A model generated the notes under the pieces. The model saw only the letters and a program-made list of their open reading frames with translations, was not told the DNA's origin and did no database searches. Below are positions 48,386 through 61,601 of a stretch of DNA of 64,000 bases, piece after piece. The stretch spans positions 141,112,001 to 141,176,000 of the forward strand of contig NC_086097.1 of assembly GCF_963921235.1 (NCBI RefSeq), read 5' to 3'. The translations under genes were made by a program, and so were the position numbers. Numbering within the stretch: position 1 is the first letter of the stretch; each line of letters starts with the position of its first letter. The stretch comes from Mobula hypostoma. Taxonomy: Eukaryota.

Positions 48386-50233
48386 CTAAGGCCAGTGCTC
48401 TCTCCTGTCAGTTTGATGTCTCTGAGGTCAACGCCAATCTAGATCACATCTTTCCTCGCACGAGCATAGCTGTCCCAGTGATTTGGGGAATACAAACAGG
48501 TGATCACTGCCGAACATGCAGATCCAGGCCCAGATGGAGAAGTTCCTACCCGGCTGTTTGTCCCTGCATCTGTGTGTTCCTAAATGTTGGCCTGGGGTCA
48601 CTCTTCCCATCTGGTTGGCCATCCATGGATTCAACAGACCCTGGAATTCATAAAGAGATGACTTACATGGCAGTCTATGTACAAGAAGTCCACGACTTTG
48701 TCTCTGCCTGTCCCATTTGTGCCCAGAACAAGACATCACATCAGGTTCCTGCTGGTCCGCTCTATCCACTGCCTGTGCCTCTCTGCCCCAGGTCCCACCT
48801 CCCGGTGGATTTCATCACTGGTCTGTGTCCGTCAGATGGAAACACTATCATCCTGGTGGTTGTGGACCAGTTCTTTAAAGCAGCCCACTTCATTGCTCTC
48901 CCCAAGTTCCCATCGGCTCATGAAACTGCCCTTTTTTTGGTTCAGCTTGTGTTCAGGCTGCACAGCTTCCCTCGGGATATCAGGTCTGATTGAGTTCCTG
49001 CCCCATTGTTGGAATGCTTTCTGTTCTCCCTTGGGAGCCACAGCCAGCCTCTCCTCAGTTTTCCACCCCCAATGTAATAGCCAGACTAAGAGAGTGAATG
49101 AGGAGCTGGAGACAATCCTGCACAGCCTTGTCTCTTCCAACTCCATGACTTGGAGCTCCCAACTCAGAGATTGCCCATAGTAAGCTAGACTAGCATGCCC
49201 TCCTGTGAATGGCAAAATAGATTCCAGCCACTGATCTTCCCAGACTGTGATTGACATGGGAGTTCCTGCTGTTGAACAGTTGGTACAAAGCTGCAATCAC
49301 ACATGGAGATGGACCACGGCTTCCCTGCTGCACACTTAGAAACAATATGCAGAGGACGGTGATCAGCCCTCTGACAGGTGAGGCTACTCAATCCAGGGAG
49401 AAGGCCTGGCTGGTATTTAGAGATCTTCCTTTGAAGGTTGGGAGTCGCAAGGTTGCCCACGCTACGTGGGACTATTCACAGTAGGGAAGGCTATCAATCG
49501 ATCTTCCGAGAGACTGTGCCTGCAATCATCTGTTAAGCTTTAGCTGGTATTCCATGTTTGCAGCTCACTCTGGTGACTTCCTCCCACCTTGCTCCAGTTA
49601 GGCCCTCTCCCTTCTCTCATCTTGGTGGATGGGTGACTGGTCTATTCCCTGCATCATCTCCTGTCGTCTTGCCCATTGTAGGACAGGATCCAGCACCTAG
49701 TGGACTTGGAGAGATAGGGCCCAGAGAATCTTTCTTGAGTTCCAATTCGTGACATCCTGGGCAAGTCACTCATCCAGGACCTTCAGCGGGCACAGGTCTT
49801 TAGTGCCTCTAGAGCTGTGCCTCGGGGCGGGGTGCGGGTGGAGGGTGGTGAGGGTGGTGATTTGTAAAAACCATGGACTCTACTGTGGAGTGGGCAGCTG
49901 AAAGCGGTCATCAGCAATCACGCTCCTGAGAATACACTTTGCAGCCAATTAGGGTTGCATTGTAGATTTATTTAACTTCCTTCAGACTTGTCGAGTCTTG
50001 TCTGAAGCATAACAACTGTGACACTCCCCTGCTTACCTTCTTTCCAAGATAGAAGACTCCAATTTAGATTGACGCCTTAAAGAAGTGGTACTAACTTACT
50101 GTTAAGCTACTGCTTCTGAAGCTCAGTGTCAGCGTTAGATTTTTAGTTGGAATTTTAGTTTGTAGCCTTATTGGCTTCGCATTTATAATTTTCCTTTTAT
50201 TTTGTACAGTTCTCATTAAATTTCAGTTTACCC
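48386..50233 (+). mobile_element. Duplicated 3' half of the Gypsy element (integrase, 3' LTR from ~49863)
   Basis: ORF 48478-48993 contains PVDFITGLCP...VVVDQFFKAAHF; paralogous to 6605-9160. Confidence 0.85.
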
Positions 50234-52841
50234 AGGGGTCAGAGTTGGGACCTCAATTATTAATTATTATGTAAATGATTGGATGTGAATGTATACAGTA
50301 CGATGTTCACTATACCCTCAATCTTGGCATTATCCGAAAATTTGCTGATCCAGTTTAACATATTGTCATTTAAATCATTAATATAAGTGACCAACAACAA
50401 TGGATCAAACACCGACTTCTGCAGCACAGCACTAGTCATAGGCCTCCAGGCAGAGAGTCAAACACTAACCACCATTCTCTGGCTTCTTCCGCTGAGATAA
50501 TATTGAATCTAACTGACTACTTCATCCTGAATGCCAAGCGACTTTATCTTCTTGTCCAGTCTGCCATGTCGTAATTTATCAAAGGCTTTTCTAAAGACCA
50601 TTGTGTTCCGTTCAACAATCGTCTTGGTAACTTCCTTCAAAAAATCTCCATAAATTAGTTAGACATGACTTACCATACACTGGTACATGTACATCCTATC
50701 CTTGAGGAAACCTTCCGATAATTTACCCACAACTAATGTCAGGTTCACCAGGCTCTAATTTCCTGTTTATTCTTAGAACCATTCTTAAATATTACCGACC
50801 CTCCAGTCCTCCAGTACCTCACTATGGATAAGGATGTTTTAAATATTACTGCAAGGGCCACTGTAAATTCTGTACCAGCCTCCCACAAGTTTGGAGAGGA
50901 CACCTCGTCAGGCCTTTGGGATTTATTCACCCTAAATTCTTCTCAAGACAGCAAGAACTTCGTCTTCTGTGATCAGACCATGGTCCATGACTTCCAGTGT
51001 TTTGCCAGATTCTAAGGTATCTGTGTTTGTCTCCTGATTAAATGGAAAAACAAAAATAAAACATTTAATATTTTTCTGCATCTCTTTTAGCTCCATGCAT
51101 ATATGACCAACTTGAACTTCAAGGGGACCAAATTTCTCCCTTGCTATCCTTTGGCTCCCAGTACCTGTAGAACCCTTGGATTCTGGTTTATCTTGTCTGC
51201 TTGAGCAACCACTTATTCCTCTTCAGCCTTCCTGATCTTTCGCATGTGTTCTCTTGTATGTTTTACATTCCTCAATTGCCCCTTTTAATGCTAGCTGCCA
51301 ATACCTGATTGATATGTGCTTTCTTTTTGTTTACCAGGTCCTCAATATCCCATGATAAATAAGGTTCGCTCAACCTGCCAACTTTGCTTTTTATCCTAAC
51401 AGAAATATACATATTGTGTACTCTCAATACTCAATTCTGTTGAAGACCACTCACCTGCCAATGTCTCTTTGTTAGAAAACAGCTTATCCCAATCCACACC
51501 TGGCAGATTGCTTCTGATGCCATCAAAATTGCTCTTCCTCCAGTTTAGAATCTTAACCTAAAATCCAATCCTATCCAATCTCACTAATTATTTTGAAGTC
51601 AATGGAATTATGATCACTTTACCGAAGATGTATCCCTATGTTCACGTCCGTCACCTGCCCCGTCTCATTTCCGAAGAAGAGATCCAATATTGTGCTGTCA
51701 TTAGTTGGGAACTCTGTATATTGATAATGAAACTTTCCTGAACACATTTGACAAAATCTATCTCATCCAGTTCTTTTTCAGTATGGGAGATCCAATCAAC
51801 ATGCAGAAAGTTAAAATCACCGAATATCTCAACCTAAACACCAGAGATTCTGCAAATGCTGGAAATCCAGAGTAACACATAAAAAATCCTGAGGGAACTC
51901 ATGAGGTCAGGTTTTCCCATGAAATGGAATAAAGCGGCAATGCTTCGAGCCATGACACTTCATCATGACCCTTCATGTGTCCCGATGAAGAGTCTCAGCC
52001 AAAAACATTGACGGTTTATTCCTTTTGCAGTTGCTGCCTGCACTGCTGAGTTACTCTTGCATCTTGTATGTGTTACTGTAACAACCTTATATTTCTTGCA
52101 ACTGGCAGCAATCTCCCTATGAATTTGTTTGTCCAAATCCTGCTGACTATTAGAAACTCTATAAAGTTCAATTAGCATGATCATCCATTTTATTTTCCAC
52201 AGATTCATGAAAATTGCCTTGGCAGATGAGCCTTCTGTATACCATCTGAGCATTGCTGTGACATTATCTCTGATGAGTAATATGAGTACTCCCTCCCCCT
52301 TTAATACCTGCTTCTCTGAGATGTCTAAATCAGCTGAATGCCAGAACATTGGGCTGTAAGTCTTCCCCGTCATGTAACCATGTCTCAATAATGATTTCAA
52401 CATCGTAAGTCCACACGTGGATTTATGCTGTATGTGCATTAGCCTTACCTACAACCATCCTTGTCTTGCAATAGATGCAACTCAGAACATTTATCCACCC
52501 TGCTCAATCGTGCAGTTTCCATCTCTGCTTAAAAACGAGAAAGGCTGCAGACCCAGGAAATCCAAAGCAACATCCAGAAAATCTTTGCTTGTAGTCATGA
52601 CATCTCTTTTTTTCCACAACCACTTCGTTGCTGTCCTGCCACTCTGGATACCATCCCTGTTAAACATTACTTTGAACACTTCCGAGCAGGATTAGCAAAC
52701 CTTCCTATAAGGGTATTGGTTGTACTCCAGTTTGGGTGAAAACTGACCTATTTGCAGAGATCCCATCTGGTCTGGAATGGAGTTCAGTGATCCAAAATCT
52801 CTGAAGCCCTCTCCCATGTACCTTCTGCTTAGTCACATGTT

Positions 52842-53497
52842 TCTTTCTCTTTAAATCCTTTTATTAATTATTATTGAAAATCATCAAAAAATACATTAAA
52901 ATAGTCAAATCAACATATCATTATATACAATGAGTCAAACTACCAAATAACTAATTAACCAAGCTAAAGATTGTACCAATAATAATAATAAAACACAATA
53001 TGTTAAAACTATTTTTTTTTGGAAAAAAGAATGAAGGAAAAAAGAACCTCTACTAACTAAAACAGAAAAAAAAACCCTACTAACCAAAAAAAAAACACGA
53101 GATAAAAAAACATTGGGAGCACAACCCCGGAGATATACGCCATACAAGCTTCCATAAAAGAAAAACATCAATCTGCCAACCAAAACCAATTACACAAGAA
53201 TCAGATGGGGATCACCTTAATTTACTCAGATCAAATGGTCGTAGCAGGCAAAAGAACTCCACTTTTTCTCAAAGTCAAATCAAGAATCAAAAGTTCGACT
53301 TCGAATTTTCTCCAAACTAAGACATAACATCACCTGACAGAACCATTGTATCAAAGTGGGAGCAGAGGCATCTTTCCATTTCAATACAATCGCCCTTCAG
53401 GCCAATAATATGACAAATGAAATTACACGTTGGTCTGATATAGAAATACCGTGAATATATTGAGGGCTCATACCGAACAAAACTGTGAATTTATAAC
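52842..53497 (-). mobile_element. 5'-truncated L1-like LINE 3' fragment
   Basis: 8-bp TSD CACATGTT (52834-52841 and 53498-53505); minus-strand RAIVLKWKD...LSLEKIR-like ORF2 C-terminus. Confidence 0.7.
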
Positions 53498-56445
53498 CAC
53501 ATGTTAAACTGCACAGTCTTCCTTATTTTTTACCTCACTACAATGTATATCTTCGTGCCATCTCCATCTTGGAGGTCTTGTCTTTTAACTTCATTCCATA
53601 TTCCCTGAATTCATTTTGCAGGTCCTTGTCACTTTTCCTTCTTATATCATTGGTATCAATATGTACCATGACTTCTCGCTTCTCACCCCCCCCCCCTAAG
53701 ATGGCTATGGATTCAATTCAAGATATCTCTGTACCTGGGAGGCAATATAACATGCAAGAGTCTTTTCTTGTCTCACATCCTCCTGTCTGTTTCATTAACC
53801 AGTGCTAAGCAATGACATCCATCACTACTACGGGCCTGTTCTTCCTCCCCAACCAATCTTCCCTTCTGAACTGAGACCACTGACCACTATGGTAGGTCAT
53901 CTCCCTAAAACTATATACAATGAAACACTTGCTGAGGGGAATGGCCACAGGGATATTCTGCACTGTCTGCCTTCCCTCTCTTCATGATCACCCAGCTACC
54001 TGTTTCCAGCACCACTATCTCTCTGTAACTCCTATGAACCTCTCATTTTCTGAATGATCTGAAGGTCATCTATCACCAGCTCCAATTCCCCAATACAGTT
54101 TGTAAATGTGGATGCACTTATCACAGGTATAGACATCTCCCTAACTTCCACGTCATGCAAGAGAAGCGCACCACTGCTCTAGCTTCTAATCCCACTGGTC
54201 TCTCTGTATAACGATAAAGAAAGAAGCTAGAAGAACTTAAACTTGTTGAAGTTTGTAAAATCATGAGGGGTATAGACGGGTCTTAGCCTTTTCCCCAGGA
54301 TTGGAGAAACAAAAACTAGAGGACACCAATACAAGATAATAAAGATGAGATTTAAAAGAGACCTAAAAGATAATTTCTTTCTGCAAGGGATAGTGAGCTG
54401 CCTGAGGAAGTGGTTGAGATGGCGCATTTGTAATATTCAAAATGTATTTGCATAGGTAAATGGAAGGAAAGGGTTTTAAGGACTATGACTCAAATGCAGC
54501 AGCTGGAACTAGCAGGGAGGATGCTGTGGTCAGCATTGTCCATTGGGGCCGAAATGCCTATATTCAGGCTCTATTACTCAATGATTCTATGAAATAAAAA
54601 CATAAAATACTCATATGGACAGATGGCATGATTAAGCCATATTGCTTATCACTTTTCCGGCACTGTCTATCCAAGCACTGGTACATGTATATTCTATCCA
54701 TGAGAAAACCTTCCGATAGTTTAACCACGACTAATGTCAGGTTCACCAGGCTCTAATTTCCTGTTTATTTTTAGAACCATTCTTAAATGTTAGCGACCCT
54801 CCAGTCCTCCAGTACCTCACCCATGGGTAAGGATGTTTTAAATATTACTGCCAGGACCTCTGTAATTTCTGCACTGGCCTCCCAGAAGTTTGGAAAGGAC
54901 ACCTCGTCAGGCCTTTGAGACATATTCACTTTACATTCTTCTAAAGACAGAAAGCACTTCCTCTTCTGTAAACAGAACATGGTCCATGACCTCTAGTGTT
55001 TTGCCAGATTCTACGGTATCTGTGTCTTTCTCCTGAGCAAATGCAAACACAACAATTAAACATTTAATACTTCTCCGCATCTCCTTTAGCTCCATGCATA
55101 TATGACCAACTTGATCTTCAGGGGACCAATTTTGTCCCTTGCTATCATCTGGCTCCCAGTACCTGTAGAACCCTTGGATTCTGGTTTAACTTGTCTGCTA
55201 GAGCAACCAATTATCCCTGTTCAGCCTTCCTGATCTTTCGCTTGTGTTCTCTTGTATGTCTTATACTCCTCAATTGGCCCATTTAACACCAGCTGCCAAT
55301 ACCTGATCTGTGCTTCGTTTTTTTTATTAGGTCTTCAATATCCCATGATAAATAAGGTTCCCTCAACCTGCCAACCTTACTTTTTATCCTCATAGAAATA
55401 TGCATATTGTGTACTCTCAATACTCAATTCTGTTGAAGATCACCCACCTGCCAGTGTCTTTTTGTTAGAAAACATCCTATCCCAATCCACACCTGGCAGA
55501 TTGCTTCTGATGCCATCAAAATTGCTCTTCCTCCAGTTTAAAATCTTAACCTGAAAACTAATCCTATCCAATCTCCCTAACTATTTTGAAGTCGATGGAA
55601 TTATAATCACTATATCCAAAGTGTTTCCCTATTTTCACTTCTGTTACCTGCCCCGTCTCATCTCCGAACAGGAGATCCAATATTGTGCCCTCTTTAGTTG
55701 GGAATTCTGCATATTGATAATTAAACTTTCCTGAAGACATTTGACAAACTCCATCTCATCCAGTTCTTTTTCAGTATGGGTGTCCCAATCAATATGCAGA
55801 AAGCTAAAATCACCCACTATCTCAACCTGAACACTGGAGATTCTGCAGATGCTGGAAATTCAGTGTAACACATAAAAAATCCTGGAGGAACTCATGAGGT
55901 CAGGTTTTCCCATGAAAAGAAATAAAGCGTCAATTCTTCAGGCCAAGACCCTTGATCAGGACCCTCCATGAATCCTGATGAAGGGTCTCAGCCAAAAACA
56001 TTGACTGTTTATTCTTTTGCAGTTGCTGCCTCCCCTGCTGAGTTACTCTTGTCATCTGGTATGTGTTACTGTAACAACCTTTTATTTCTTGCATCTGTCT
56101 GCTATCTCCCTATGAATTTGTTCATCCAAATCCTGATGACTATTAGAAACTCTATAAAGTCCCATTAACATGGTCATCTATTTTTTATTCCGCAGATTCA
56201 TGAAAATTGCCTTGGCAGATGAGCCTTCTGAGCATTGCTCATCATCTGAGCATTGCTGTGACATTATCTCTGAGGAGTAATATGAGTACTCCCTCCCCCT
56301 TTAATACCTGCTTCTCTGACATGCCTAAATCAGCAGAATGCCAGAACATTGGGCTGTCGGACTTCCCGTCATGTAACCATGTCTCAATAATGGGTTCAAC
56401 ATCGTAAGTCCACGCATGAATCCATGCTCTATGTGCGTTAGCCTT

Positions 56446-56822
56446 GGGGTGTATGGGGTGTCCGGAAGGGGTAGCACCTCTGGTGGGGGCACATGTTGCG
56501 TCCTTTTCAGGGCGTTTAGTTCACCTTTTTCCCTCACCTGGCACTCAGTTCTCACCTGCTGCTCCCCATAGCTGTTTGCATGCGACAGCGGCCACACCCC
56601 GTGCAAGGGCTTCGACAAGCCGGCAAAACCAGGTGAGGGTATCCGACGGGTCTCAAACCCTTAGTGAGATAAGGGAGTTGTCTATCCCAGCATGTGAAGA
56701 CAGACTCCGGCGGACTGAGCGGACAAGAGCAAAGGTCCAACGGTCAAGAAGGCGGTCTCTGCCAGCGTCATGGAACTTGTAGAGCAGGACAAGACACAGA
56801 AGACGTCCTGGTCATCCACTGC
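56446..56822 (+). mobile_element. GC-rich insertion, probably an RTE-type 5' fragment or derived SINE
   Basis: Absent from paralogous CR1 blocks and replaces ~45 bp of host sequence. The family guess is from memory of similar repeats only. Confidence 0.45.
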
Positions 56823-59599
56823 TGCTCAATCTTGCAGTTTCTATCTCTGCTTAAAAACGAGAAATGCCGCAGATGCTGAAAATCCAAAGCAACATCCACA
56901 AAATCTAGTAGGGATATTGGTTCCTCTCAAGTTTGGGTGAAAACTGTTTTATTTGCAGAGATCCCACCAGCCCTGGAGTGGAGTTCAGTGATCGAAAAAC
57001 TCTGAAACCCTTTCCCATGGACTACCTTCTTAGTCACATGCTCAACTGCACTGTCTTCCTTATTTTTTACCTCACGAGTATGGATAGATTCAGCCGATCT
57101 CCATCTTGGAGTTCCTGTCTTTCAACTTCGTACCTTATTCCCTGAACCCATTCTGCAAGTCCTTGTCACTTTTCCTGCTTATGTCATTTGTATCAATATG
57201 TACCATGACTTATTACTTCACACCCTCTCCCTTAAGATGGCTATGGAATCAATTCAAGATATGTCTGATCCTCTATACCTGGGAGGCAATATACCATGCA
57301 AGAGTCTTGTTCATGTCTCAGGTCCTCCTGTCTGTTTCACTAACCAGTGCTAACCAATGACCTCCATCACTACTACTGGCCTCTTCTTCCTCCCCCACTC
57401 ACCTTCCTTTCTGAACCAAAGAGACATACTGAGTGCCGAGACCACTGACCACTGTGGTAGGTCATCTCAATTAATCTATAAAAAATGATAGAAATTTTTG
57501 AGGGTAATGGCCACAGGGTTATTCTGCACTGTCAGCCAATACCCCTTCCCTATCTTCATGATCACCCAACTACCTGTTTCCAGCAACATTATCTCTCTGT
57601 AACTCCTATGAACTCCTCAATTTTCTCAAATATCTGAACGTCAAATAGCACCAGCTCCAATTCCCGAATAGGGTTTGTAAATCTGGATGCACTTATCACA
57701 GGTATAGACATCTCCCTAACTTCCACGTCACGCAAGAGAAGCACATCACTGCTCTAGCTTCTATTCCCACTGGTCTCTCTGTATAACAATAAAGAAAGAA
57801 GTTAGAAGAACTTAAAGTCGTAGAAGTTTATAAAATCATGAGGGTTATAGAGGGGTCATAGCCTGTTCCCCAGGATTGGAGAGGCAAAAACTACAGGGCA
57901 CTGATACAAGATAATGGAGAAGAGATTTAAAAGAGACCTAAAAGGTAATTTCTTTATACAGAGAATAGTGAGCTGCCTGACAAAGTGACTGAGATGGTGC
58001 ATTTGTAATATTTAAGATGTATTTGTATAGGTAAATGGCAGGAAAGGGCTTGAAGGACCATGAGACTATTGCAGCAGCTGGAACTAGCTGGGATGATGCT
58101 GTGTTCAGCATGGACCATTTGGGCCGAAAGACCTATATCCAGGCTATTTCACCCTATGATTCTATGAAATACAAACACAAAATGCTTAAAATATTCATAT
58201 GGACAGATGCCATCTGTGTAAAGAGAAACAAAGTTAAGGGAAGTCTAAGATAGCATCAAAGCAAAAGAGAGTGCAGGAAGCGGGGGGAGGGGGTGTTGCG
58301 GGAGGGTTACAACTAGGTCTTGGTGAGTTATGACACTTGGACGTTTACAGCGACAGGTAAGAGCGTGTCCTGGGCATTCGATAAAGGACTTACACTGCCC
58401 AGGCACCGCAGTAGTGTAGCGATTAGCGCGAAGGTATTACAGCTCCGGATTCTAAATTGTTCCGTGATTAGGTTAGCGTTAATACCGTTTGTCAAGGGTG
58501 ATTGGGCCTACTTCGTGCTGTATCGCTACATAAAGGAATTAAATACCGTCCTTTCAAATTTCACAGCCGAAGCCAAAGTAAGGTAATATTTACTGGCAGG
58601 TTCTGCCCAGTTGGAATGGTTAAACCCAACTTAATAGGGAAAGTTGAACAGAATCACAGACATGGTGCAGATGGCATTCGGATCATCAAACATCCCACCC
58701 AACGGAACGTACATGGAATACGGTCGCGGCGACGGGGCGGATGCGAGACAGGTCCAGGGTCCGCACTTTAAGAGCGCGTGTGGAGAGGATATCGCTCTCC
58801 TTGCTCTGTCACAGAATCCGGAGACAAGAGATTAAAGAAAGTGAAGGCCAAGATGGAGAAACCGGGGGTGTCTGTGAGAATTATCTCCATGTACTCCTGA
58901 CGTCTGAAGGCGCCGAACAACACCCCAACCCACCTCCCCCGTCCGCCGCTCTTAACCCACTTGCTCCAACTGTGGTGTTCGGCGGGAAATTTCGGAATCG
59001 TCACAAAACATCGATAAAGGGAGGATAAATATCTTAAATATGTTGACGTATAACTGAAAAGACAACTGGCAGGAGATGACTAATTCGGGGAAAGTTTTGG
59101 GACGGAACGCTCCAGATCGGTTAGTGTAACGCTATCATAGTACCAGCGACCCAGGTTAAATTCCGTCGTTGTCCTGAGAGGAATTTGTACGTTCTTCCTG
59201 TGACCGCGTGGGTTTCCACCAGGTGCTCAGGTTTCCTCCCACGTTCAAAAGACGTAAGGATCAGTAGGCGCCGGAAGCAACATACACAAAATGCTGGAGG
59301 AACTCAGCAGGCCAAGCAGCATTTATGGAAAAGTGTAAATAGTCGATGTTTAGGTCAAAACCCTATTTCAGGACTGGAAAGGAAGGCGAGAAGTCAGCGT
59401 GAGAAGTCCTTAAGCATCTGAAATTTTCTCCTGTTTTCGGGTTAGTAGGTTAATTGATCACATTAATGGAATTGGATGGCCCGGGCTTGTTGGCCCCGAA
59501 AGGCCTGCTACGGTGAGGGATTTCTTCACGTTAAGCGAGAGCAAGTTCAAACCCCAACATAATCGTCTAATGAATTGCTGTGCGATTCTGACAAAATCT

Positions 59600-59760
59600 C
59601 ATTTTATGCAGAGGAAATAATAGTGTCGTTTTCAAATGGGGTTGGAAGGCGTGGTCTGTGACACGTTGAGAGAAAGTGGGACGTGAAGCGTGCTGTTATT
59701 TATAACTAGCCAGGCCACGTCTAAATCCGTGTCAAATACAGTCACAACTCGACAAACACC
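59600..59760 (+). promoter_or_regulatory. Putative V4 core promoter
   Basis: TATTTATAA at 59697-59705, 64 nt before the ATG; conserved motif block. Confidence 0.55.
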
Positions 59761-60184
59761 ATGCGGCTAGGTTGCGTGGCTTTTGTGATACTCTCCCTCC
59801 GTTAGTTGATTGATTTTCATCCGTTTACTCTCTGTTTGTTTCAGACTTTGAAACACGTTATGACTTTGATTTCTGTTTCCACAGGCAGATGTCTCGGTGC
59901 TGAATTGATACAGTCTCCGATGTCCATCACCAGAAATGTGGGTAAACGTGCCGACATGATCTGCAGTCTGGGCACAGTGAACACGGACTATATCCACTGG
60001 TGCCGGCAGCCAGATGGGCAACGCCCGGTCAGGATCCTCTATTACAATAATAGGGTCAGCGTACGCGACGATGGAATTGATAACAGATTTAAAGCGAGCA
60101 ATGCTGCAGAAAAGCAGTATATTCTGTCTGTGACCCGTCTCGAGAAAGAGGATTCCGGCACCTATTACTGTGCCTATTGGGACC
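59761..60184 (+). CDS. TRGV: V4: probable TCR gamma V segment. Leader 59761-59800, intron 59801-59884, V exon 59885-60184; open frame with an extra FR2 Cys.
   Basis: Leader MRLGCVAFVILSL, 84-nt GT-AG intron, V domain AELIQSP...C...IHWCRQ...DSGTYYCAYWD. Confidence 0.87.
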
Positions 60185-60223
60185 CACAGAGTTAAACTGC
60201 AACCGGCGCCGCTGACAAAAACT
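60185..60223 (+). other. 23-bp-spacer RSS of V4
   Basis: CACAGAG (60185-60191) + 23 nt + ACAAAAACT (60215-60223). Confidence 0.92.
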
Positions 60224-61601
60224 CTTCCTCAGCGTAGAGGTCACACGAATCATTTCCGACTCAGCGAATTCGCAGTTTATGCCATAAATGCCATTACCTT
60301 TCTTCGGATAAAGAAATCTATCCAATTCCACGAAAGTTACCCGATCAGCCTCATCGAAAGTCTATTCATTACACCCGTCCCTCGAGAACAGTTAATTGAG
60401 AGAATATTTCCGCAGGGTACGAGAGCCTAAATTAGAGGCGATAGATTTAAAGTGAGAGGGGCAAGATCTATAAGCGACCTGTGTGGTAGGTTCTTGATGG
60501 AAAGGGCGGTGGGTACAGGCAACAAGCTGCCAGTGGAAGAGTTAGAGGCAAAACCATCGAGAGATTTAAAAGTCATTTGGACGTCTACATGGATAAGAAA
60601 GGTCGGAGAAATACGGGTCAAATGCAGGGAAACGGGACTGGTTTACGTGGGTAACGTGCTCGGTAAGGACGAGTTACGCTGAAGGGCCTGATTCTGTGCT
60701 GTAGAGCTCAGTGGCCTTTAGAATTGCTTTAAATCTCTGCACCGTCGCCAGTCCTTTATTCCGTGGAAAACATTCCCAACATATTCGATCTCCATAGCTA
60801 AAATCCTCCAATCCCAGAAACATACTTGTGAATCTTTTCTGCGTCCTCTCTAATTCAATCACACACAAAAAATTAAGCAATAAATACTGAGGAAATGAGG
60901 TGAATATCCTTGAAAGTGAGCCCATATGTTGTGGGAACATTGCAGTGATGGGGCAACTGAAGTTATACCATTTGGTTCAAGAGCCTGAATTTGGAGGGGT
61001 AATACCTGTTTCTGAACCTGGTGGTGTAGTTCCGAGGCTCTTGTACTTACTTCCTGATGGGAGCAGTGAGAGGAGAGCATGATCTGCAATCTGGGGGAGG
61101 GGTGGGGTGGGTGGTGTTTCTGATGACGGATGTTGCTTTCCTTAAAACATCACTTCTTAAAACATTTCCTCACTGTGGATGTAAGTGATACGTGACTTTA
61201 GTCATTGAGGACGGTCACCCTGTTCCTCTTAGGCACCAGAATCAGAGAAGTCTGATTGAAGCAGATGGGTACATCAGCCAACGAGACAGGTTAAAGATCA
61301 GTGAACAGTCCAGCCAGTTGATTAACACTGGTCTTTAGTACTTGACCAGTTATCATGTCTGGGCTGGATGATCTTCATGGGTTCATCGTCCAGAAGGCTG
61401 CCCGCACATCAGCCTCAGAGACTAAAATCACTCGATAGTCTGGCACTGTGAGTGTTTGTTTTGGTTCCTCCATGTTTTAAAACTCAATGCAAGCACAGAA
61501 GGCATTGCGTTCATCTGGAAGTGAGCCCTGGTGTCACCTTTGTCACTTGATTTTACTTTATAAGAAGTGACAGCATTCAAGCCCTGCCACAGCTATTGAC
61601 T

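Larger units (their letters stand above)
50677..58213. repeat. Internal tandem duplication within unit 4 (copy A ~50677-54629, copy B 54630-58213)
   Basis: The CR1 mosaic occurs twice; junction GGACAGATGGCAT|GATTAAGCC with CAT microhomology. Confidence 0.8.

Noticed and set aside
56446-56560. Possible HDV-like ribozyme at the 5' end of the RTE-like insertion
   Set aside because: Only partial helices could be paired by hand and the nested double pseudoknot could not be built; it needs an RNArobo or Infernal search.
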